Source: Chrysemys picta bellii
Taxonomy: Eukaryota
Direction of reading: 5' to 3'
DNA length: 64,000 bases
NCBI RefSeq assembly: GCF_011386835.1
Contig: NC_088802.1
Span: 1,550,001-1,614,000 of the forward strand
Both the position numbers and the translations under genes were made by a program. Under the pieces are notes generated by a model. The model ran no database searches, was not told the origin of the DNA, and saw only the letters and a list, made by a program, of their open reading frames with translations. Every line of letters starts with the position of its first letter. The first letter of the stretch is position 1. This document shows positions 21,650 through 32,800 of this stretch, piece by piece.

Positions 21650-22900
21650 AGCCCCCCCGCTCCGCTCCACCGGTGCCCCTCACTCCCGACCCGCAGCCCC
21701 CCCGCTCCGCCGGTGCCCCTCACTCCCGACCCGCAGCCCCCCGCTCCACCGGCACCCCTCACTCCCGACCCGCAGCCCCCTCCTCCGCCGGCGCCCCTCA
21801 CTCCCGACCCGCAGCCCCCCCCTCCGCCCGTGCCCCTCACTCCCGACCCGCAGCCCCCCGCTCCACCGGCACCCCTCACTCCCGACCCGCAGCCCCCTCC
21901 TCCGCCGGTGCCCCTCACTCCCGACCCGCAGCCCCGCCGCTCCGCTGGAGCCCCTCACTCCCGACCCGCAGCCCCCCCGCTCCGCCGGCGCCCCTCACTC
22001 CCGACCCGCAGCCCCCCGCTCCACCGGCACCCCTCACTCCCGACCCGCAGCCCCCTCCTCCGCCGGCGCCCCTCACTCCCGACCCGCAGCCCCCCCGCTC
22101 CGCCGGCGCCCCTCACTCCCGACCCGCAGCCCCCCTGCTCCGCCGGCGCCCCTCACTCCCGACCCGCAGCCCCCCTGCTCCGCCGGCGCCCCTCACTCCC
22201 GACCCGCAGCCCCCTCCTCTGCCGGCGCCCCTCACTCCAGACCCGCAGCCCCCCCGCTCCGCTCCGCCGGTGCCCCTCGCTCCCGACCTGCAGCCCCCTC
22301 CTCCGCCGGCGCCCCTCACTCCCGACCCGCAGCCCCCCCGCTCCGCCGGCGCCCCTCACTCCCGACCCGCAGCCCCCCTGCTCCGCCGGCGCCCCTCACT
22401 CCCGACCCGCAGCCCCCTCCTCTGCCGGCGCCCCTCACTCCAGACCCGCAGCCCCCCCGCTCCGCTCCGCCGGTGCCCCTCGCTCCCGACCTGCAGCCCC
22501 CTCCTCCGCCGGCGCCCCTCACTCCCGACCCGCAGCCCCCCCGCTCTGCCGGTGCCCCTCACTCCCGACCCGCAGCCCCCTCCTCTGCCGGCGCCACTCA
22601 CTCCCGACCTGCAGCCCCCCCGCTCCGCCGGTGCCCCTCACTCCCGACCCGCAGCCCCCTCCTCTGCCGGCGCCCCTCACTCCCGACCCGCAGCCCCCAG
22701 CCCGGCCGGTGCCCCTCACTCCCGACCCGCAGCCCCCTCCTCCGCCGGTGCCCCTCACTCCCGACCCGCAGCCCCCAGCCCAGCCGGTGCCCCTCACTCC
22801 CGACCCGCAGCCCCCCCCGCTCCGCCGGTGCCCCTCACTCCCGACCCACAGCCCCCAGCCCGGCTGGTGCCCCTCACTCCCGCCCCGCAGCCCCCTCCTC
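21650..22900. repeat. Minisatellite family A array upstream of PRRT1 exon 1
   Basis: About 40-bp unit ctccgccggcgcccctcactcccgacccgcagccccc, roughly 30 copies. Confidence 0.92.
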
Positions 22901-23892
22901 CTGTCGCCGGAGTGAGGGGAGGCCTCGTACAACGAGGAGGCGGGGCCACAGAGGGGGAGGAGCCTGCACTGGAGGGGTGGGGCGGGGCGATTGGGGCAGG
23001 AAGGGATCCCAGGGGAGGGGGGCTCTGCCCTCCGTCCGTTCATTCCCCCCATGGGCCGTGACGCCGCCCAGCCCCCCATTGCCCCATAGCGGCACTATGG
23101 GCTCAGGGCTGCAGGGAGCCGGGGGCAGTAGGGTCATGGGGGTCACTAGGAGGCACCGCACCCCCAGGATGGGGGAGATCAGGGGGGTCCCTGGGGGCAC
23201 AGCACCCCTGGGAAGAGGGGGCTCAGGGGGTCACTAGGAGGCACCACACCCCCAGGAAGGGGAGGATTAGTAGGCACCGTGCTGCCAGGACGGGGGGGTC
23301 CAGGGGCTGCCACACCCCTGAGAAGGGGGAAATCAGGGGGAGTCACTGGTAGGCACTGTGCCCGCAAAAAAGGGGGTCATTGGGGGTCCCAAATGACCAC
23401 AAAGTGGGGGGCACCACAACCCCAGGAAGGGGAGGCTGGGGCGGGTTACTGAGGCACCACCCCCGGGAAGTGGGTGGGTTGGGGGTCACTAGGGGCATCG
23501 CACCTCAGGGACGGGGGCCTTCAGGGGGGTCCCACACTCAGAGCCGACACCACATAGCTACAAATCGCACCAGGATTTTTATTAATTTTCCGTCCATCAG
23601 AAAATAAGTTAGATTTGTCTCCCAATTACCTGTGTGAATGGGGGGGGGGCTGCCCCCGTGCAGAGGGGATTGTGGGTAAGGAGGGGAGGGGGCACAGAAG
23701 GGGATTGTGGGTAGGATGGCAGGGGACGCATAGAGGCTTCTGGGTAGGGAGCGAGGGGGCGCAGAAGGGGATGTTGGGTAATGGGGGGGTGTCAGAGGGG
23801 TTCTGGGCAGGGGGATTGTGGGTAAGGGGGCAAGGGGTGCTGCAGAGGGGCATTGTGGGTAGATGGAGTGTGTGGTGGCAGGCGGGGGGCCG

Positions 23893-26800
23893 TCAGGGCT
23901 GCCCCTCCACGTCCCCGCCCCCCTCCCCGTCAGTGCTCCCCGGGTTCTCTCCCAGCAGGCGGGCGAGCTGGTCCAGGACCTGCTGCAGGGTGCGGGCCAG
24001 GCGCTGGGCGTGGGTCTCACGGCAGCAGTTGAAGGCTGTGATGGCAAAGTTGACGTGGGCGTCCAGCGGGTTGTAGCAGACCCCGTAGCCGTCCGGCACC
24101 TGCGGCCCGTAGATCATCAGGCAGTCGGAGCGCGAAGCCACCTGGCAGGGTGTGGGGAGAGCGGGGTGAGGGGGGCGGACAAGTCCCCTCCCCCTGCCTG
24201 CACACCAGCGTCCACCCAACCTGAACCCCCCACCGCTGATGACCTCCACTGAGGAGGCAGGATAAGAACCCACTATGGCTGCCTGCGAAGAGAGCTCCCC
24301 CCAACACCCCTGGGCAGGGAGAGGGGAGGGAGCAGGAACAGGTGTTAGTTGGGGGGCAGAGGCCCATATCTGCCTAGTGAGCAGCCATCAGTGGATGGCA
24401 ACGCTACAGGGGGTATCTGGTGCGGGGGAGGGTGTAGCTGGGGGGCCATACCTGCTTGGTAAGCAGCAGGTAGCACGTGGTGATGGTGTAGGGGCGCCGT
24501 GGGGCGGGTGAGGGTTAGTTGGGGGGCGCCGTGGGGCAGTACCTGGCCGGTCAGCAGCCGGCAGTGCGTGGCGATGGCGTAGGGGCGCCGTGGGGCGGGT
24601 GAGGGTTAGTTGGGGGGCACCGTGGGGCAGTACCTGGCCGGTCAGCAGCCGGCAGTGCGAGGCGATGGTGTAGGGGCGCCGTGGGGCGGGTGAGGGTTAG
24701 TTGGGGGGCTCCGTGGGGCGGGTGAGGGTTAGTTGGGGGGCGCCGTGGGGCGCCATGGGGCAGTACCTGGCCGGTCAGCAGCCGGCAGTGCGTGGCGATG
24801 GCGTAGGGGCGCCGTGGGGCGGGTGAGGGTTAGTTGGGGGGCGCCGTGGGGCAGTACCTGGCCGGTCAGCAGCCGGCAGTGCGTGGCGATGGCGTAGGGG
24901 CGCCGTGGGGCGGGTGAGGGTTAGTTGGGGGGCGCCGTGGGGCAGTACCTGGCCTGTCAGCAGCCGGCAGTGCGTGGCGATGGTGTAGGGGCGCCGTGGG
25001 GCGGGTGAGGGTTAGTTGGGGGGCTCCGTGGGGCGGGTGAGGGTTAGTTGGGGGGCGCCGTGGGGCGCCGTGGGGCAGTACCTGGCCGGTCAGCAGCCGG
25101 CAGTGCGTGGCGATGGCGTAGGGACGCCGTGGGGCGGGTGAGGGTTAGTTGGGGGGCGCCGTGGGGCAGTACCTGGCCGGTCAGCAGCCGGCAGTGCGTG
25201 GCGATGGCGTAGGGGCGCCGTGGGGCGGGTGAGGGTTAGTTGGGGGGCGCCGGGGGGCAGTACCTGGCCGGTCAGCAGCCGGCAGTGCGTGGCGATGGCG
25301 TAGGGGCGCCGTGGGGCGGGTGAGGGTTAGTTGGGGGGCGCCGTGGGGCAGTACCTGGCCGGTCAGCAGCCGGCAGTGCGTGGCGATGGCGTAGGGGCGC
25401 CGTGGGGCGGGTGAGGGTTAGTTGGGGGGCACCGTGGGGCAGTACCTGGCCGGTCAGCAGCCGGCAGTGCGAGGCGATGGTGTAGGGGCGCCGTGGGGCG
25501 GGTGAGGGTTAGTTGGGGGGCTCCGTGGGGCGGGTGAGGGTTAGTTGGGGGGCGCCGTGGGGCGCCATGGGGCAGTACCTGGCCGGTCAGCAGCCGGCAG
25601 TGCGTGGCGATGGCGTAGGGGCGCCGTGGGGCGGGTGAGGGTTAGTTGGGGGGCGCCGTGGGGCAGTACCTGGCCGGTCAGCAGCCGGCAGTGCGTGGCG
25701 ATGGCGTAGGGGCGCCGTGGGGCGGGTGAGGGTTAGTTGGGGGGCGCCGTGGGGCAGTACCTGGCCTGTCAGCAGCCGGCAGTGCGTGGCGATGGTGTAG
25801 GGGCGCCGTGGGGCGGGTGAGGGTTAGTTGGGGGGCTCCGTGGGGCGGGTGAGGGTTAGTTGGGGGGCGCCGTGGGGCGCCGTGGGGCAGTACCTGGCCG
25901 GTCAGCAGCCGGCAGTGCGTGGCGATGGCGTAGGGGCGCCGTGGGGCGGGTGAGGGTTAGTTGGGGGGCGCCGTGGGGCAGTACCTGGCCTGTCAGCAGC
26001 CGGCAGTGCGTGGCGATGGCGTAGGGGCGCCGTGGGGCGGGTGAGGGTTAGTTGGGGGGCGCCGTGGGGCGCCGTGGGGCAGTACCTGGCCGGTCAGCAG
26101 CCGGCAGTGCGTGGCGATGGTGTAGGGGCGCCGTGGGGCGGGTGAGGGTTAGTTGGGGGGGCGCCGTGGGGCACCGTGGGGCAGTACCTGGCCGGTCAGC
26201 AGCCGGCAGTGCGTGGCGATGGTGTAGGGGCGCCGTGGGGCGGGTGAGGGTTAGTTGGGGGGCGCCGTGGGGCAGTACCTGGCCGGTCAGCAGCCGGCAG
26301 TGCGTGGCGATGGCGTAGGGGCGCCGTGGGGCGGGTGAGGGTTAGTTGGGGGGCGCCGTGGGGCAGTACCTGGCCGGTCAGCAGCCGGCAGTGCGTGGCG
26401 ATGGCGTAGGGGCGCCGTGGGGCGGGTGAGGGTTAGTTGGGGGGCGCCGTGGGGCAGTACCTGGCCGGTCAGCAGCCGGCAGTGCGTGGCGATGGCGTAG
26501 GGGCGCCGTGGGGCGGGTGAGGGTTAGTTGGGGGGCGCCGTGGGGCAGTACCTGGCCGGTCAGCAGTCGGCAGTGCGTGGCGATGGCGTAGGGGCGCCGT
26601 GGGGCGGGTGAGGGTTAGTTGGGGGGCGCCGTGGGACAGTACCTGGCCGGTCAGCAGCCGGCAGTGCGTGGCGATGGCGTAGGGGCGCCGTGGGGCGGGT
26701 GAGGGTTAGTTGGGGGGCGCCGTGGGGCAGTACCTGGCCGGTCAGCAGCCGGCAGTGCGTGGCGATGGTGTAGGGGCGCCGTGGGGCGGGTGAGGGTTAG

Positions 26801-29800
26801 TTGGCGGGCGCCGTGGGGCAGGTGAGGGTTAGTTGGGGGGCGCCGTGGGGCGCCGTGGGCAGTACCTGGCCGGTCAGCAGCCGGCAGTGCGTGGCGATGG
26901 CGTAGGGGCGCCGTGGGGCGGGTGAGGGTTAGTTGGGGGCGCCGTGGGCAGTACCTGGCTGGTCAGCAGCCGGCAGTGCGTGGCGATGGCGTAGGGGCGC
27001 CGTGGGGCGGGTGAGGGTTAGTTGGGGGGCGCCGTGGGGCGCCGTGGGGCAGTACCTGGCCGGTCAACAGCCGGCAGTGCGTGGCGATGGCGTAGGGGCG
27101 CCGTGGGGCGGGTGAGGGTTAGTTGGGGGGCGCCGTGGGGCAGTACCTGGCTGGTCAGCAGCCGGCAGTGCGTGGCGATGGCGTAGGGGCGCCGTGGGGC
27201 GGGTGAGGGTTAGTTGGGGGGCGCCGTGGGGCGCCGTGGGGCAGTACCTGGCCGGTCAACAGCCGGCAGTGCGTGGCGATGGCGTAGGGGCGCCGTGGGG
27301 CGGGTGAGGGGTTAGTTGGGGGGCGCCGTGGGGCAGTACCTGGCCGGTCAGCAGCCGGCAGTGCGTGGGCGATGGCGTAGGCCGTGTCCATGAAGATCCC
27401 GGGCAGCCGCTGCCCGTCCCGATGGCCGCCAGCTTCAGTCCCAGCAGGTGCCGGTCGATGCCCTGCCCGGCCAGCACCTGCGGGGAGAGGGTCAGAGCCC
27501 GGACGCCTGGGTCCCGGCCCTGCACACCGTCCCAGCCCGGACGCCTGGGTCCCAGCCCTGCCCCACCCCCACCCATGTGGAGAGAAGTTCAAAGCCCGGA
27601 TGCCTGGGTCCCAGCCCCGCCCCACCCCTGCCCATGTAGGGAGAAGGTCCCAGCCCGGACGCCTGGGTCCCAGCCCCGCCCCACCCCCTACCCACGTGGG
27701 GAGACGGTCCCAGCCCGGACGCCTGGGTCCCAGCCCAACCCCACCCCTGGCCATGTGGGGAGAGGGTCCCAGCCCGGCGGGGGAGGGGGGGTTGGCTCAC
27801 CTGTTCGGTCCTGGCGCTCTGAGATTCCACCGCCGCCTGCAGCAGGGACAGCGTCTCCGCGTCCTGGGGGCCGGGGGAGCCGGGTCAGAATGGGGGGTGC
27901 TGGGGGGCAGGGGGACGGGGTAAGGGCAGGGCGTGGGGGGGGGTTACCTGGCCGTGGGGCGTGTCCTGGGGGCCGGGGGAGCCGGGTCAGAATGGGGGGT
28001 GCTGGGGGGCAGGGGGACGGGGTAAGGGCAGGGCGTGGGGGGGGGGTTACCTGGCCGTGGGGCGTGTCCTGGGGGCCGGGGGAGCCGGGTCAGAATGGGG
28101 GGTGCTGGGGGGCAGGGGGACGGGGTAAGGGCAGGGCGTGGGGGGGGGGTTACCTGGCCGTGGGGCGTGTCCTGGGGGCCAGGGGAGCCGGGTCAGAATG
28201 GGAGGTGCCGGGGGGCAGGGGGACGGGGTAAGGGCAGGGCGTGTGGGGGGGGTTACCTGGCCGTGGGGCGTGTCCTGGGGGCCGGGGGAGCTGGGTCAGA
28301 ATGGGGGGGTGCCGGGGGGCAGGGGGACGGGGTAAGGGCAGGGCGTGTGGGGGGGGTTACCTGGCCGTGGGGCGTGTCCTGGGGGCCGGGGAGCCGGGTC
28401 AGAATGGGGGGTGCCGGGGGGCAGGGGGACGGGGTAAGGGCAGGGCGTGGGGGGGGGTTACCTGGCCGTGGGGCGCGGGGGGGGTTACCTGGCCGTGGGG
28501 CGTGTCCTGGGGGCCGGGGGAGCCGGGTCAGAATGGGGGGTGCTGGGGGGCAGGGGGACGGGGTAAGGGCAGGGCGTGTGGGGGGGGTTACCTGGCCGTG
28601 GGGCGTGTCCTGGGGGCCGGGGGAGCCGGGTCAGAATGGGGGGGTGCCGGGGGGCAGGGGGACGGGGTAAGGGCAGGGCGTGGGGGGGGGGTTACCTGGC
28701 CGTGGGGCGTGTCCTGGGGGCCGGGGGAGCCGGGTCAGAATGGGGGGTGCCGGGGGGCAGGGGGACGGGGTAAGGGCAGGGCGTGTGGGGGGGGTTACCT
28801 GGCCGTGGGGCGTATCCATGGCCCGGGCCAGGCGCAGCACCGGGGGGGGCCGCGGGGCGCACGGCGTCCGTCCGGCCCAGGTGGAAGCGGCGAAGTGACA
28901 CCACCTCGCTGGTGGCGCAGAGCGAGCCGTGGGTCCTGGGGGGAGACGGGGGTCAGCCCCACACCAAACCCCCCAGTGCCTCACCTCCACCCGCCCCACA
29001 CAGACCCCCCCCACTGCCCCACCCCCAGCCTGGTCCCCCAGGGCTGCCCCCGCCCATACCCGCCAGGGCCCCCCACCTGTAGTAGGCCAGCTGCAGCGCC
29101 ACCTGGAAGAGGGAGTCGGGGCGCAGCCCCCAGCGCTTGGGGAGCCCCTGCCCGAACCCCCGGTAGGTGAAACAGCTGATGTCCAGGTCTGTGATCAGGC
29201 TGGGGGGAGAGAGGTGTTAGATGGGGGGCTGGGCCCTCCGCCCCCCAATAGCGCCCCCTCTTCCCCTCTCCCCACCCCTCCATCCCATCCCAACCTCCTG
29301 CTCCCCAATAGCCCCCCCAACCCTCTGCCCTCCCAACAGCCCCCCCCCTCTCCCCACCCCTCCACTCCATCCTAACCTCCTGCTCCCCAATAGCCCCCCC
29401 AACCCTCTGCCCCCCCAACAGCCACCCTCTTCTCCTCTCCCCACCCCTCCACCCCATCCCAACCTCCTGCTCCCCAATAGCCCCCCCAACCCTCTGCCCT
29501 CCCAACAGCCCCCCTCCTCTCCTCTCCCCACCCCTCCACCCCAATCTCCTGCTCCCCAATAGCCCCCCACCCCTCCCCAACTTTCCCCTCCCCCTTCACC
29601 CTCCCTCCCATGCCCCCTGCTGCCCCCCCGGCTCTCACATGTCCAGGTTCTGTTTGGCTCGCTCGATGTCCCACTGGATCTCGGGGGTGATGTAGAAGTA
29701 CAGCTTTGGGGGCAGGGGCAGGGGCGTCATGGGGGCGCGTGCCGTGTCGGGGTCCTTGCTGCCGGAGACCCCCGGGTCAGATGGGAGGATCCCCCCCAAA

Positions 29801-32800
29801 TCACCATGCTGGGGGCACATCACTGCACCCCAAAAACAGCCTCCCCAGGTAGCATATTCTGCCCTTTCCCCCGCCACAACCTCCCTCCCCTTCCCAAGGC
29901 AGAAGGTTCCACCCCTTTCCCTACCCCCCAGGCAGGAAGTCCCGCCCCTTTTCCCATTCCCAAAACAGGAAGTTCTGCCCCTCTCCCCCACCAGCCTGCT
30001 CCAGACCCACAGAGGTGGTACAGGGGATCCCTCACCCCAATTCCACTCCCCCACACATGCTTCCCATTTTGGGGTCCCTCCACTACAGGACAAAAACAGG
30101 GGATCTGGGGCTGCTGCTCCCTGAGAATGGACCTCCAATTACCCTCCCACCAGTTCAGGGGCACCTCAACACAGGTGTAATGTGGGGTACAGGGAATGCC
30201 ATGCCATAGGGAAGGGTGAACCCCACACCCCATCTTGGGGAGCCCCAACATTGGCACATTTGGGGTACTGCCTTGTGGGGAGATAAAACCCCCAAATCTC
30301 CCCCTTCTCTCCATTATAAGGGGGTCCCTAATTCAGAAGAATATTGGGGGGCTGCGTTATAGGGAGATGTGACCCCCAAATCCTCTGTTTCCATTGGGTC
30401 CCCCCAGGCTGGCTCTGTGGGATTGATCAGGTGGTCAAAGGTCTGGGGGCACCCTGAATGTCCTAGTTTAGGGCTTACCAGTAATCGAGGACATGGTCGA
30501 TGATGGTTGCTATGGGGGCCCCGTCGGCCACGGCCTGTTCATACAGCACCCCACAAACGCCGTCCTCCCCCAAGATGAACTGGGGGCAGGGAACGAGAGA
30601 GCAGGTACACAAGACAGGAAATCCCGCCTATCCCTTCCACCCTAATCCCAAAACAGGAAGTCCCGCCCCTTTTCTTGCCACAAAACAGGAAGTCCTGCCT
30701 CCCTACACACAGTCCCACCCCTGCAGTCCAAACTAGGAAATCCTACCTCCCTATCTACATTTTCTTCACCGCCGGAAAATTAGGAAGTCCCGCCCCCACC
30801 CAACACTCCAAGACAGGAAGTCCCGCCCCCTAGCTCCCAAAGCAGGAAGTCCCGCCCCCACCTCACCTGCAGGGTCTTGTCGAACCAGCGGTTGCCGCTG
30901 TTGGAGTAGCTGCCGCCCCCGTGCAGCATCTGGGCGGCGACGCGGCTGGGGTAGCGCTCGTCCGACACCTTCAGCACCGGGGCGTCGAGGCAGACGGTGA
31001 AGAGGCTGTGCTGGATGCACCGGGCCGACTCCCGGTTTAGCCGGTCTGGAGGCGGGGTCACCGGACGGGTCAGCACCACCCCCTCACACCAAGCAGGATT
31101 CGAACCCAGAACTTCCCTGCTTTGGGGTCCCACCCTTGTTACACCCCATTCACTGCTGTCCTCCAGGCATCGGGGTCCCCCTTTAGCCCCTTCCAAAGCA
31201 GAAGTCCCGCCTCCTTTCCCCCTCCCCCATTACATCTTGAGATTACCTGGACCCCCAGCCAGGTCCCCCAGGCCAGGGGGCCCCCCCGTACCTCTCACAA
31301 CGGTGCTGCAGACCTGGCCCAGCTTTTGGGGTCCCTGGGCCCCCCCGTACCTCTCATGAGGGTGCTGTAGGCCTGGCCCCAGGTGTGCCGGTGATCCCCC
31401 GTCAGCACCCCCAGCGGCTCCTTGTCCGTCTTCCACGACAGCCCCCGGACGCGCTGCAGCTGCAGGTGCAACTGGTCCACGGTGAGGGGGGTCCCGTCGC
31501 TGTTGTACACCTCCACCTGGAAAAACTGGGGGGGCGGGAGTCAGGGTCAGCCTCCGCAGGGCCCCCGGAATCTGCCCAGTGACCCCCCCAGCCGCCAGGG
31601 ACCTCCCGGAGCTCCCGAGGACCCCCCCGTCCCCACACAGACACCCCGAAACACCCCATTTCCCCCCACATACAGCCCAGAACCCCTCAGGAGTCAGCCA
31701 GCCCCACTCCCTACATGAACACCCCCCAGGTCCCCCCACCCCGGGAATCCCAGACACGGGGCTGTTCTGGGGGAGTCAGAGGGGGAGGTGCAGAGGGGCC
31801 CATGCCTGGGGGTGACCTGGACAAAGGGGGGCTTGGGGGTATCACATGAGGGGGTTCTGGGGGGCACATTTCCCACGGGGTCCCAGGGCAGGGCCGGGTC
31901 TGGAGTCCCGGGGGGGAGGGGGTCCCGCGGCACGGCCGGGTCTGGGGGTTCTGGAGACCCCAGGGCAGGGATAGCTCTGGGGGGCTGGGGTCCCAGGGGG
32001 GAGGGGGTCCCGCGGCACGGCCGGGTCTGGGGTCCCGGGGGGGTAGTCCCACGGCACGGCCGGGTCTGGGGTCCCGGGGGGGGGGAGGGGGTCCCGCAGC
32101 ACGGCCGGGTCTGGGGGTTCTGGAGACCCCAGGGCAGGGACAGCTCTGGGGGGCCGGGGCCCCGGGGGTACCTGGAAGTTGCGGACGACGGTGATGAAGG
32201 TGGGGGCCCGGCGCCCCGGGACAGGCAGCAGGAGCCCGTCATGCTTGGGGCCGGGCAGGCGGCAGGAGGCGAAGAGGCTGCTGTACTGGGCCATGCACTG
32301 GGGGTGCCCCCCCCGGTACTCCACCAGCAGCGCCTGCCTGGGGGGGGGGGGGGGAGTGAGAGACATGGGGCAGAGCGACCCCCCCCAGTCCCGTCCCACC
32401 ACTCCCCCACCCCCAGGGGCCCCCCCAGCATCATCCCTCCCCACCCCTCCGGGTCCTGTATAGCCCCTCCCCTGCCCCTTCCCCAACCCCCGATATCTAG
32501 TCCCCCCAATATAACCCTCCTTCCCCCATCCCTCCCCCAATACTGGGGGGGGGTGTCAGGCACTTACTGATCAATCTTAGCCTTGAAATCCAGCACCCCC
32601 GCGATGAGCTTCGCCGCAAACCTGGGGGTGGGGACGGGGGACGTCACAGATCCGCCGGTGCCCCTCACTCCCGACCCACAGCCCCCACTAGCCCAGCCCA
32701 GCCCAGCCCCCCCCAGCTCTGCCGGTGCCCCTCACTCCCGACCCGCAGCCCCCGCTAGCCCAGCCCAGCCCCCCCCAGCTCTGCTGGTGCCCCACACTCC

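Noticed and set aside
24440-27340. CRISPR-like appearance of the regular array
   Set aside because: Units are near-identical with no unique spacers, the context is a vertebrate intron, and the unit derives from the host exon.
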